Below, one piece after another: positions 28,807 through 38,860 of a stretch of DNA of 64,000 nucleotides. This DNA comes from a candidate division WOR-3 bacterium (GTDB lineage: Bacteria; Hydrothermota; 32-111). The first letter of the stretch is position 1; each line of letters begins with the position of its first letter. The position numbers and the translations under genes were made by a program. Under the pieces are notes generated by a model. That model was not told the origin of the DNA. It saw only the letters and a program-made list of their open reading frames with translations, and did not search any database. Location of the stretch: positions 128,001 to 192,000 of the forward strand of contig JBBFKX010000001.1 of NCBI GenBank assembly GCA_037481815.1, read 5' to 3'.

Positions 28807-29701
28807 AATTTTTATCTTGATCCTGTTTTTATATTTCATTGAATATTTATACTCTTATACTCTTTATTCTGAAAAAGCATCGATAAATGGTGATACAATA
28901 TTTTTTTTCAAAAATGTTGATTTCAAATCAGATGAATATAATCTTATCACAGACTCATCTTACATTTTGAAAAAAGATTCCCTGATATATTTCCCTAAAA
29001 ATTTTCTTCTAAAAAGAGATGATTCTGTTAAAATAATAGCAAAATGGGGCGTTTACTTTATCAAAGAAAAGAGATTTCTGATAAATTTTCAAAAAACTGA
29101 AAAAGAAAACAGATTTTCAATTGAGAGTGAAACACTCAAAGTTTTTTTAAATGATTCATTGTTTGTTTTTACAGGTTATCCATTGTTTGAGAATGTTCAG
29201 GAAAATTTAAAAATTTCTGGTGATAGAATAGAATATTTCAAAAATACCGAAAAAACTTTTATTAAAGGTAATTCTATACTTCAAAAAAATGATTCTTCCT
29301 ATACCGTAAAATCTCAAAATATTGTTATAGATGATAGGGACTCCATAAACGTTTTTTCTTATGGTGTTGAGATATTCAACGATAGTTTTAAAATCAAATC
29401 TGACTCTGTTATATATGACAGGAAAAATTCTTTTTTTAAGACGATAAAAAGAGGAGAGATATTCTCAAACAGATCATTCTTTCAAGGTGATACTTTTGTT
29501 TTTTATTTTAAAAATGATAGTTTACACAGAATGGTTGGAAAAAATAATATTGTATTTGAAAATGAAGATGATAATATTATAAGAATAAAATGTGATTCTG
29601 TTGATGGATCTTTTAAATCTTCAAATGTTGAGCTTCTTAATTTCTTTATGATCAAGGAGAGTGAACTTTTGAAAAAGGAAAAAAATGATACTCAGATGTG
29701 A
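28790..29701 (+). CDS. LptA/OstA-like periplasmic beta-jellyroll protein
   Basis: Signal peptide; repeated I.(S/G)D beta motifs; lies between lptC and lptB. Confidence 0.65.
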   Translation: MMKKIKIFILILFLYFIEYLYSYTLYSEKASINGDTIFFFKNVDFKSDEYNLITDSSYILKKDSLIYFPKNFLLKRDDSVKIIAKWGVYFIKEKRFLINFQKTEKENRFSIESETLKVFLNDSLFVFTGYPLFENVQENLKISGDRIEYFKNTEKTFIKGNSILQKNDSSYTVKSQNIVIDDRDSINVFSYGVEIFNDSFKIKSDSVIYDRKNSFFKTIKRGEIFSNRSFFQGDTFVFYFKNDSLHRMVGKNNIVFENEDDNIIRIKCDSVDGSFKSSNVELLNFFMIKESELLKKEKNDTQM

Positions 29702-30404
29702 AAACCTTATAAAATATTATGGAAAAAGGAAAGTTGTTGATCATCTGTCTATTGAAGTTGAAAACGGGAAGATAATCGGACTTTTGGGACCAAATGGAGC
29801 TGGCAAAACAACAACTTTTTATATGATGGTTGGAGTAATTCCTGTATCATCAGGAAAAATTTTTCTTGATGAAAATGACATAACAGATCTTCCAATGTAT
29901 AAACGAGCAAGGCTGGGAATAGGATATCTTCCACAGGAGAGTTCGATCTTCAGACAACTGACTGTCAAAGAAAATCTTTTAGCGATACTTGAAATGTTGT
30001 TTTCTGATAGAGAAAAAAATGAGAAAAGGGCTGATGAACTACTTGAAAAATTTAAAGTTTCGCATTTAAAAGATCTCCCGGCGTACAAACTTTCTGGTGG
30101 AGAAAGAAGGAGGGTTGAAATCGCAAGGGCTTTGGCTTCAAATCCAAAATTTTTACTTCTTGATGAACCTTTTACTGGAATAGATCCAAAGGTCAAGGAA
30201 GAAATTCAAAATATGGTAATAGATCTTGCAAAAGAAGGTATCGGAATTTTGATAACCGATCATAATGTTAGGGAAACACTTGAAATAGTCGATGTAGCAC
30301 ATATAATATATGAAGGAAAGATACTGTTATCCGGAGATACTCACCAGTTGATCAACGATGAGAAGGCAAGAGAACTCTATCTCGGAGAAAAGTTCAGATT
30401 ATGA
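29685..30404 (+). CDS. lptB: LPS export ABC ATPase
   Basis: GPNGAGKTTTFYM, GYLPQESSIFR, LSGGERRRVEIARAL, TDHNVRETL. Confidence 0.95.
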   Translation: MILRCENLIKYYGKRKVVDHLSIEVENGKIIGLLGPNGAGKTTTFYMMVGVIPVSSGKIFLDENDITDLPMYKRARLGIGYLPQESSIFRQLTVKENLLAILEMLFSDREKNEKRADELLEKFKVSHLKDLPAYKLSGGERRRVEIARALASNPKFLLLDEPFTGIDPKVKEEIQNMVIDLAKEGIGILITDHNVRETLEIVDVAHIIYEGKILLSGDTHQLINDEKARELYLGEKFRL

Positions 30405-31804
30405 AACAGAAACTTGAGACCTCTTTAAGACAGGAAATAAAATTAACACCCCAGTTGTTAACTCTTGTAAAAATATTACAACTCCCTCTTCTTGAGTTGC
30501 AACAGGTTATAACAACCGAGATTGAACAGAACCCATTTTTGACAGATGATGTTCTTGAAGAAGAAGATGTTACATATGAGGAGGTTGAACCTGAACTACC
30601 TTTAAAGGATGAAATTGACTATGAATATTTTTTTCATGATGATTGGAAAAGGGCATCTTTACCTTCCGAAAGATATGATAGGGAAAGAGAGGAGTTTGAT
30701 CCGATAACAAATGTTGAAGAACCGGAAAGTTTACAGGATTACCTTTTGACACAATCACATATTTTTTTTGATGATCCAGATGAAATAAAAATCGCTGAAG
30801 AGATAACATTTTCTCTTTCAGATGATGGGCTTTTAGAAGTATCTTTATCCCAGATCGCAGAAAATATAAATATTCCCATTGAAAAAGTAGAATATGTCCA
30901 TTCAAAATACAAATTCTTTGATCCAGTTGGAATCGGTAGTAGAAGTGTTCAGGAGGTTCTTCTAACACAACTCGAAAATCAAAAAAAACAGGATACTCTC
31001 GAATATAAAATAATTAAAGATTTTTATGAAGAGTTTTTAACAAATAAACTTTACCTCATTGAAAACAAATTAAAAATCACAAGAAACAAACTTGAAAAAG
31101 TTCTTGAATCGATTAGAAGTTTGAATCCTAAACCAGCGAATGGAAGTTGGGGTAAAAGTTCAGATTACATTATTCCAGATGTTATAGTGGAACAGAGAGG
31201 AGAAGAACTCTTTGTGTCTTTAAATCTTCAATCTTTTCCCGAGGTTCATCTGAGTAAAAGTTATTTTGATATGTACAAAAATAATGAAAATCTTTCACAG
31301 GAAGAAAAAAAATTTCTAAAAAACAAATTCAACGCAGCGTTGTTTCTCCTTGAGGGTATATACAGAAGAAATAATACACTTTTAAAAATATCGGAAAGAA
31401 TAGTTCAGATTCAAAAGGACTTCTTCTTCAATGGTATTTCCTCTTTAAAACCACTCACTTTGAACGATATCTCAAGTTATATAGGAGTTCATGAAGCAAC
31501 GGTTTCAAGAGCTATAGAAAACAAATATATGGAAACGCCTGCGGGTATATTCCCGTTAAAATTTTTCTTCTCTAAAGGTGTTAAAAATACAACAGGTTTT
31601 GAAATTTCAAACAAAAAGATTATGAATATCATAAAAGAGGAGATAGAAAAGGAAGATCCAAACAATCCTTATTCAGATATAGAACTTGTAAAAATTCTTG
31701 AGGAAAAACATTCGATAAAGATTGCAAGAAGAACAGTTGCAAAATATAGAGAAAAATTAAATATTCTCCCTTCATCGAAAAGAAAAGGGATTCTCAGGAG
31801 GTAA
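30401..31804 (+). CDS. rpoN: RNA polymerase sigma-54 factor
   Basis: Gln/Leu-rich N-terminus, HEATVSRA, RpoN box ARRTVAKYRE. Confidence 0.95.
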   Translation: MKQKLETSLRQEIKLTPQLLTLVKILQLPLLELQQVITTEIEQNPFLTDDVLEEEDVTYEEVEPELPLKDEIDYEYFFHDDWKRASLPSERYDREREEFDPITNVEEPESLQDYLLTQSHIFFDDPDEIKIAEEITFSLSDDGLLEVSLSQIAENINIPIEKVEYVHSKYKFFDPVGIGSRSVQEVLLTQLENQKKQDTLEYKIIKDFYEEFLTNKLYLIENKLKITRNKLEKVLESIRSLNPKPANGSWGKSSDYIIPDVIVEQRGEELFVSLNLQSFPEVHLSKSYFDMYKNNENLSQEEKKFLKNKFNAALFLLEGIYRRNNTLLKISERIVQIQKDFFFNGISSLKPLTLNDISSYIGVHEATVSRAIENKYMETPAGIFPLKFFFSKGVKNTTGFEISNKKIMNIIKEEIEKEDPNNPYSDIELVKILEEKHSIKIARRTVAKYREKLNILPSSKRKGILRR

Positions 31805-31805
31805 G

Positions 31806-33779
31806 ATGAAATATCTATTTTTACTTTTTTCAACCATTTCACTCGTTATTTTCTCTTTTGGGCTAACAATTTATGATGTCCAATATACCGAAAACATTTC
31901 AGGAGCATCTCCATATTCCGGGCAAACTGTTACAATTTCAGGAATAGTCACAAGGGTTTTTGGAGTTAATGTGTATATTCAGGATGATACCTTACCATGG
32001 CATGGAATTCTTGTGTATAACCCTCCAACTCCGGTTGAAGTTGGAGATTCTATAAGTGTTACTGGACAGGTTGTAGAGTACAATGGAAAGACAGAGATTT
32101 CAAATCCAACAACTCTGACCGTTCTTGCAAAGGGAAAAACGATCCCGGGCCCTGTGAAACTCAAAACAGGTGAAGCAGGAAAGGAAAAATGGGAAGGAAT
32201 GTTTGTACAGTTAGATGACTGTTATGTGAGTCAGATAATAACAGCAAGAGAATGGCAAATCGATGATGGCACAGGTCCTTTAACCGTATATGAAGATCTA
32301 AACTATCCTGTAACAATTGAATCTCTAAACGATACTTTCATTTTTGTTCGAGGATGTATGGATGAATACAATGGTAAATTTGAGTTGAGACCGTACGGAA
32401 ACGATGATGTTTTAAAAACACTCGATGGAAGTGGAATTTTAAGTGTTAATCCGAAATTTTTTAACGATTCTTCATATAACGATATAAGGTTGGATCTTAT
32501 TCCTAATGTTGACACAATCTACGGAACGATAAAATATCTGAAAATTGTTTTAAACAAAAAGGTTGTTACAGATTCTATAAAACTTGTTTGTGATTCATCT
32601 TTAATTTCTTTTGATTCAACAAAAATAACTTACGATACAACTTCAAATACAACAACGATTAACATCAGCGATATTACTTTTAAAGATACTATCAAGGTAT
32701 ATGTCAAAGATTATTATTTCACAAATGCTGATACGGTAAAGATGTATACAGGTGTTTCTCAAACACAATTACTTCCCGTATCATCCTTTTTTGTTATGAA
32801 GAAAATCCCCTTTGCTGATGTTATGAAGATTTCTGATGTTCAGTCAACAAACGATGGATACAACTCAAAATATACTGGACAGGTTGTTTCAGTAAAAGGA
32901 ATCGTAACTGGATCTTCAAATATTTTTTCACCAACAGCCACTTCAACAGGTTTTTATATACAGGATCAAACTGGTGGTGTTAACATATATTCGTCTTCAG
33001 ATCCAGCAAATCAAAAATTTAAAGAGGGGATAGAGATAATCGTCAGAGGAACCGTTACGGAATACAATGGATTGACTGAAATCAAATATTCTTCTCCAGA
33101 TACTGATGTTTACATTATAAATGATACTCTAGCCATCGTTGAACCTGAAGAACTTTTGAATTCACAGGGGATTTCTGAAAATGTTGAAGGAAAACTTTTG
33201 AAGGTCAGATATGGAAAAATTTTAACATATCCTGTTGACGCAGGAACTGGAAAGAATTTCCAGGTTCAAAATGGATTTTCGGTTATAGATGTGAGAATCG
33301 GGCAATCAACGGGTCTTTATCTTGATAATATTATGAATTCGATAGTCCCGGGTAATATACTGGATGTCACAGGAATAGCAGGGCAGTATGACAACCAATC
33401 TCCTTATACTTCAGGTTATCAACTTCTTGTTCGAAAAAGGTCAGATATAAACATTTTAAGTTTACCTGAAGATTCTACCTTTACGGTCTCACTATTTCCT
33501 AATCCTTTCTCTCCAGATTATGGACAGGTGTTGAGAATCGATTTAAAAGGTTTGAACAGTGAAAGATTCACACTGAAAATATATGATATAAATGGAAAGC
33601 ATATAAAAACTATCGCTGAAAACCAGCCTGGTTCGAATATATATCTATGGGATGGAAAAGACAAAAATGGAGCAAAATGTAACATAGGGATATATATACT
33701 CAATGTGTCTAAAATCGATTCGAATGGTTATATTACAAGTATCACAAAACCAGTTGTTATTTCAACAAAATTAAAATAG
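31806..33779 (+). CDS. secreted multi-OB-fold (YhcR/ExeM N-terminal-like) protein with FlgD-Ig/T9SS-like CTD
   Basis: Signal peptide; two I.DVQ...S.Y.GQ.V.(I/V).GIVT...YIQD...G.V.EYNG.TEI units, each followed by a second OB-like unit; C-terminal FPNPFSP...IYDING...WDGKD.NG...GIY. Confidence 0.75.
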   Translation: MKYLFLLFSTISLVIFSFGLTIYDVQYTENISGASPYSGQTVTISGIVTRVFGVNVYIQDDTLPWHGILVYNPPTPVEVGDSISVTGQVVEYNGKTEISNPTTLTVLAKGKTIPGPVKLKTGEAGKEKWEGMFVQLDDCYVSQIITAREWQIDDGTGPLTVYEDLNYPVTIESLNDTFIFVRGCMDEYNGKFELRPYGNDDVLKTLDGSGILSVNPKFFNDSSYNDIRLDLIPNVDTIYGTIKYLKIVLNKKVVTDSIKLVCDSSLISFDSTKITYDTTSNTTTINISDITFKDTIKVYVKDYYFTNADTVKMYTGVSQTQLLPVSSFFVMKKIPFADVMKISDVQSTNDGYNSKYTGQVVSVKGIVTGSSNIFSPTATSTGFYIQDQTGGVNIYSSSDPANQKFKEGIEIIVRGTVTEYNGLTEIKYSSPDTDVYIINDTLAIVEPEELLNSQGISENVEGKLLKVRYGKILTYPVDAGTGKNFQVQNGFSVIDVRIGQSTGLYLDNIMNSIVPGNILDVTGIAGQYDNQSPYTSGYQLLVRKRSDINILSLPEDSTFTVSLFPNPFSPDYGQVLRIDLKGLNSERFTLKIYDINGKHIKTIAENQPGSNIYLWDGKDKNGAKCNIGIYILNVSKIDSNGYITSITKPVVISTKLK

Positions 33780-33791
33780 TTGAGGTAAAAA

Positions 33792-34670
33792 ATGAAGAAG
33801 ATAGTTTTAATTTTCATTATATCTTTTTTACTTTTCCTGAATTCTTTTGCTGTGTTTGATTACACCCCTGGAAATGTTCAATCAAAAAGTATGGCTTTTG
33901 CTACAACCGGAATGCTTGCAGGGATAGATAATATAACAGTTAACCCCGCATCGATTGTGGGTCTTGATAATTATCAGGTTTCGGTTTCATATGAAAACCT
34001 TTATAGGTTCATACACACAGCATCAATCTCTGGTGGTTACTATTCAAACTATGGTAATCTTGGATTAAAATATTCTGAACTTTTTGTTTTGGGAGATTAT
34101 TCAAATATGGATTCTATCATTTCTACAAACACAAGATTACAGACCGAACGAGTTGTTCAGTTAACTTATGGTTTAGATTTCAACGATATTGTAATGGTTG
34201 GAACAAATATTAACTTTCTTTTTGTTGACCAAAAGATGGAAGGAATCGATGACAACAACAACATATATTATACCGCTGATTTGGGTATAATAGGAAGGGT
34301 CTACGATAGGTGGTTTGTTGGTTTATCTGTTTCTAATCTAACCGATACATATATTGTTGGTTCTTTGAGTAATGAAAGGTACTATATATCAAGAAAGGTC
34401 TCGGGTGGTTTAACCTTCAAACCCTATGAGAGTTTAACAACCAATTTCGATGTTTCAAAAATAAGTGGTGAACCAACATCGTTTGGATTTTCTTTCAAGT
34501 CGCAAATCGTGAAAAATGTTTTTACAATATTCTCAGGTGTAAGAAATTATCCAGCAACCCTTGGTCTTGGATTTGAATTGAAGATTAAAAATATATCACT
34601 TGATTATGGATACACAACCGTGATAAACCTTCCTTCAAGAAACCATATTCAGTTATCCTATTCGTTTTAG
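33792..34670 (+). CDS. PorV/PorP-like outer-membrane beta-barrel
   Basis: SMAFATTG...NPAS N-terminal motif; amphipathic strands; ends HIQLSYSF. Confidence 0.7.
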   Translation: MKKIVLIFIISFLLFLNSFAVFDYTPGNVQSKSMAFATTGMLAGIDNITVNPASIVGLDNYQVSVSYENLYRFIHTASISGGYYSNYGNLGLKYSELFVLGDYSNMDSIISTNTRLQTERVVQLTYGLDFNDIVMVGTNINFLFVDQKMEGIDDNNNIYYTADLGIIGRVYDRWFVGLSVSNLTDTYIVGSLSNERYYISRKVSGGLTFKPYESLTTNFDVSKISGEPTSFGFSFKSQIVKNVFTIFSGVRNYPATLGLGFELKIKNISLDYGYTTVINLPSRNHIQLSYSF

Positions 34671-34679
34671 GAGATCGTT

Positions 34680-37100
34680 ATGAAAAGGATATACATTTTT
34701 CTTTTGATACTCACAATTTTTTCAATAAGTTTTTCACAGGAGAAAATCGATATAAACAATTCTGATTTAAGTGTACTCGACACACTTTTTTTACCTGATG
34801 AAGTCATAGAAAATATAAAATTGTATTTAAAAAAACATGGAGAGATAAAATCGATTTATGAACTTATTGAAATAGATGGTGTCGATTATGAAATATTTTC
34901 AATATTAAAGGATAAGTTTGAAATCAAACCTGATACAACTCTTGATTCAACTTCGATATACATTTTAAGGATGCAGGATAGATTGGCAAGCGAAGAGAAT
35001 CCATCAAGGGGCGCTATTGACCTATGGGAAAGGCTGCTCGTTGAAAAGATCAATATCAACAAAGCTGGATTTGAACAGATTTCACAGATATATGGAGTCA
35101 GATTGACTGATGTTGAAGCCATAATGCAGGGGAAAAAGACAAGGACTTACAGATATCCAAGCGATCTCAGACGAACACCGAATCTAACCTATTATGCTTA
35201 TTCAAATTTAAGGAACTATGTTTCCTTTAAAGATGAGAAGAAGAAATTTTTCGATCTTTCTGGATATATCAGGACAAAAGTTAGATATTCAAACGATGAC
35301 ACTTATGGTTACTCCTCTTTTTCCTCACTAGCAAACGAACTATCTTATAGATTAAAACAACTCGAGGTTATAAACCCTGATTCCTCTAATCTTAGAAATA
35401 CTCTTTTAAAAGCTGGTTATACTTCTGAGGAGGTCGATTCACTGAAAAGTAGAATCGAGAGAGAATATTCACAGGTAGTGAAAAGAAAAATAGGTGCAAA
35501 CCTTTACAACAAAGTGACATTCAATGTTGGTAACAACCTTTCTTTCGGAACGCTCTTTACAGATTATTCAATACTTGGACAAAAAGGTTTCAAAGGTTAT
35601 GTTCAGATAAGGGATATCCCATTCATAAAAAATCTAATATTTGGAAATTATCGAGTGACTTTAAATGAAGGATTGATTTTTGATAACACCGATGAAAAAA
35701 GTTCAAGAATTTATGATAGAAGTTCTGGACTTTTTGTCGATGTAAACGAATCTTTTGCAAACAATCTTTTGGGAGTTGCTGTTGAAGGCAATCTCAGCAG
35801 ATTGTATTATCTTTTATTTGTTTCAGATAAGAAAAGAGATGGTGTTTTAAACAGAGATTCAACTGTAAACCTTCCATTTTTAACGAAAACTTACATCGAT
35901 GAATTCACAGATGTTTACAGGGAAAAAACTTTTGGAGGAAAGGTTGCTTTCAATATTGGAGGGATTTTCAATCTCCCACTTGTTACACAGATAGGTGTTT
36001 CGGGTTTCAATTCGATCTTCGATAGGAATTTCGTTCAGGATAGTTTGACTCTCGATATTCCATTCGATAAAGATAACCTTAATATTCCTGTGTACACAAA
36101 AGAATTTTCAGGTGATCGGATGAATGTTTATGGGTTGAATTTTCAGACAGCATACAAAAATATTTTCCTACAGTGTGAAGTTGCAAAACAGGAAAAGAGT
36201 TATGCTTATGTTTTGAAAAGTGGCGTTGTTTACAATGACTTTTATTTTGTTGGACTTTTGAGAAGATATGATCTTGGATATACAAATTTCTATTCAAGAC
36301 CTTTCTATGAACAATCGAGGTATGATGATACAGAATTTGAAAAAACTTACAGATTGATAGACCCACTGTTCACATTCATACTCGATGATCCAAGGCCAAA
36401 ACCTGAAGAGGGAATATACCTTGAAACAAGATATCGAATCCTTTCGAACCTGACATTGAACTACACATATCTTGATATATGGAGAACCCTCGACTACAAC
36501 CTACTCAATTACAGATTTCAAACTGAACTTGAATTAAGGCCTGTTTATCCTTTGAGAATCAGGTTGAAACATAAGATTCAGGAAAAAAATATCTATAAAA
36601 GTATAGTTTCAACAAATTCTCTTACTAATGAAACAACCTTAAGAATATTCACAGTTCTTGATAACAGTGATTATCTGAATTTTGAAGCAAGGTATGGAAT
36701 GGTAAAACTCACAACAGGTGGTAACCTCGAAAACAATTTTATCGATGGCTCTTTTGTCAATGTTTCATATGAGAAAAAGTTTACCGATTTTCTATCTTTA
36801 CTTGGGGGGGTTGCTACATGGAATACTGATGGAATGAGTCAGTGGATCCTTGAGGATAATGGAATTGATTTTCTCTATGGAAAAGGGAACAAGATGTATT
36901 TAACTTTTGTTGATCGAATATCAGATATCCTTTCGATGAGGATGAAGTTGTCTTTGAAGAATCAGGAAACAACATTTTCAGGTATATCACTTTATAACAA
37001 CAAGTATCGTTACATTGATTCTGATTTTCAGGTAATTTCAGATTTTAACGATTATAAAAATCTTTTAGGTTTATCCTGTCAGATAGATATCAGATGGTAG
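34680..37100 (+). CDS. ComEA-like helix-hairpin-helix domains fused to a large outer-membrane beta-barrel
   Basis: KIDINNSD...ELIEIDGV and KININKA...IYGV HhH-like units; long beta-strand-rich C-terminus ending DIRW. Confidence 0.72.
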   Translation: MKRIYIFLLILTIFSISFSQEKIDINNSDLSVLDTLFLPDEVIENIKLYLKKHGEIKSIYELIEIDGVDYEIFSILKDKFEIKPDTTLDSTSIYILRMQDRLASEENPSRGAIDLWERLLVEKININKAGFEQISQIYGVRLTDVEAIMQGKKTRTYRYPSDLRRTPNLTYYAYSNLRNYVSFKDEKKKFFDLSGYIRTKVRYSNDDTYGYSSFSSLANELSYRLKQLEVINPDSSNLRNTLLKAGYTSEEVDSLKSRIEREYSQVVKRKIGANLYNKVTFNVGNNLSFGTLFTDYSILGQKGFKGYVQIRDIPFIKNLIFGNYRVTLNEGLIFDNTDEKSSRIYDRSSGLFVDVNESFANNLLGVAVEGNLSRLYYLLFVSDKKRDGVLNRDSTVNLPFLTKTYIDEFTDVYREKTFGGKVAFNIGGIFNLPLVTQIGVSGFNSIFDRNFVQDSLTLDIPFDKDNLNIPVYTKEFSGDRMNVYGLNFQTAYKNIFLQCEVAKQEKSYAYVLKSGVVYNDFYFVGLLRRYDLGYTNFYSRPFYEQSRYDDTEFEKTYRLIDPLFTFILDDPRPKPEEGIYLETRYRILSNLTLNYTYLDIWRTLDYNLLNYRFQTELELRPVYPLRIRLKHKIQEKNIYKSIVSTNSLTNETTLRIFTVLDNSDYLNFEARYGMVKLTTGGNLENNFIDGSFVNVSYEKKFTDFLSLLGGVATWNTDGMSQWILEDNGIDFLYGKGNKMYLTFVDRISDILSMRMKLSLKNQETTFSGISLYNNKYRYIDSDFQVISDFNDYKNLLGLSCQIDIRW

Positions 37101-37108
37101 GAGGAAAA

Positions 37109-38269
37109 ATGAAGAAGTTTTTTTATATTATTCTTATGAGTTTTTTCTGTGTTAATCTTTTTTCATATGTCTCTTTATACAATACTGGACTTGGAGATTT
37201 TAACACATCACTTTTCAGTAAAGGTGCAGCTCTTGGAAACAACGATTTTTTCTTCAATCCGCTATTGAATCCAACGGTGGAATGTAAAACCACAAACTAT
37301 TTGGTTTCAATCGGTTTTTATGGATTATCAACAAGGGAAACAAGATCAAAGTATATTTTTGATTCATACGAAAACAGTATCGCAAAAAAGAATGTTTACG
37401 ATAACACTTTTCTTTATGGTGAACCCGCTTACATTATGGGATATATGCCTTTATCAGATTTTGGTCTCTATTTAGGTTATGAAAATTACATAAACAACGA
37501 TTATACATACAGACAGATATACAGAAACGATAACTATGTTATACTTTACGATGAAAGTTATGTCAGAATTGGAAATGTGAACGCATACTTTCTGAGTTTG
37601 AATTACAGATTTTATGGATTCGCCATGGGAACAAATTTTTCAATAATGCAGGGAGATGGTTCATCCGATTACTCAAAACTTTTTGTAGATCCTTCTTTTA
37701 TTGATTCAACATCATCAACAAAAGAGAATTACTCTGGTATCAGAGGAAATATTGGAATTTCATACAATCATAAAGATAACTTCATCTTAACTTTTGTTTA
37801 CAACATCAGAACATACCTGACAGTCAACAGGGTGACCGATATCATCGCTTCCGATACGAACCTTTTGACTGAAACCGTCTACTATATAATCCCTGATATA
37901 TTCTCTTTTGGTCTGGAATACAGAGCAAAAAATGTTGCGCCGGCTACTTTCTATTATTCTCTGAGTTATGAAAGATGGAGTGAACTTAACGGTGATTTTA
38001 ACGATTACAACGATCTGATCAAGTACAATATCGGTGTTTTACATGAACTCAACAAAAACATTGATCTTATGTATGGTTTTATGTATGAACCGTACAGAAA
38101 GGATAACAGGCTGGTTGATATAGGTTTTGCAACCGGACTTACCTACAAATTGGGTATGACAGAGTTTTCTGTCGCTGTTAACTATAAGAATATCAACTAT
38201 GAAAGAGAAGAAGTTTATTATAACGATAGAGTTTTGAAATTCGTTGGTGATGTTTCAATCAAATTTTAG
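37109..38269 (+). CDS. outer-membrane beta-barrel (FadL/PorV-superfamily-like)
   Basis: Signal peptide; GLGD...ALG...NP motif; alternating aromatic strands; C-terminal F. Confidence 0.6.
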   Translation: MKKFFYIILMSFFCVNLFSYVSLYNTGLGDFNTSLFSKGAALGNNDFFFNPLLNPTVECKTTNYLVSIGFYGLSTRETRSKYIFDSYENSIAKKNVYDNTFLYGEPAYIMGYMPLSDFGLYLGYENYINNDYTYRQIYRNDNYVILYDESYVRIGNVNAYFLSLNYRFYGFAMGTNFSIMQGDGSSDYSKLFVDPSFIDSTSSTKENYSGIRGNIGISYNHKDNFILTFVYNIRTYLTVNRVTDIIASDTNLLTETVYYIIPDIFSFGLEYRAKNVAPATFYYSLSYERWSELNGDFNDYNDLIKYNIGVLHELNKNIDLMYGFMYEPYRKDNRLVDIGFATGLTYKLGMTEFSVAVNYKNINYEREEVYYNDRVLKFVGDVSIKF

Positions 38270-38276
38270 GAGAATT

Positions 38277-38852
38277 ATGAAAAAGATAATTTTTATTTTA
38301 TTACCTTTCATGATCTATTTAACAATCTTTTCACAGGAAGAGTTGAAACTTTTCCCTGTTGAAGGTGTGTTACCTATGAATGATAGGGACTATACAAAAA
38401 CTCTTGTAAAACTTTTTGACAGTTCAAAAAAAACAATACATGCTGTTATCTATCAGGTAGGTTACTATCCGGATTATCCTGAAGGTGAACCAACCGATAT
38501 CCAGAATGCTTTGATAAATGCAGTCAAAAGAGGTGTTAAGGTTGTGATAATCGTGGATCAATCCTCCTGGAATCCTTCTCTGTCAGTTAAAAATGATGAG
38601 TATTTAAAATATATGAGACAGTTTGGAATTGAAGTATACTTTGATATGCCCGATATAACAACACATGCAAAATTCGTTGTTGTAGATTCAACCATAACTG
38701 TAATCGGATCCACAAACTGGAGTTTTTATGCGCTTGCAAAAAACAATGAATGTGCGGTTGCTGTGAAATCAAAGGATATATCTTTAAAATATGAAGATTT
38801 TTTTGAAAAACTTTATCAGTTCAAATCTGATAGTTTAACGATAACACCTTAG
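38277..38852 (+). CDS. secreted PLD-family (Nuc-like) nuclease/phosphodiesterase, single HKD
   Basis: HAKFVVVD...GSTNWS..A..KNNE; signal peptide. Confidence 0.85.
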   Translation: MKKIIFILLPFMIYLTIFSQEELKLFPVEGVLPMNDRDYTKTLVKLFDSSKKTIHAVIYQVGYYPDYPEGEPTDIQNALINAVKRGVKVVIIVDQSSWNPSLSVKNDEYLKYMRQFGIEVYFDMPDITTHAKFVVVDSTITVIGSTNWSFYALAKNNECAVAVKSKDISLKYEDFFEKLYQFKSDSLTITP

Positions 38853-38860
38853 GAGTTCAT

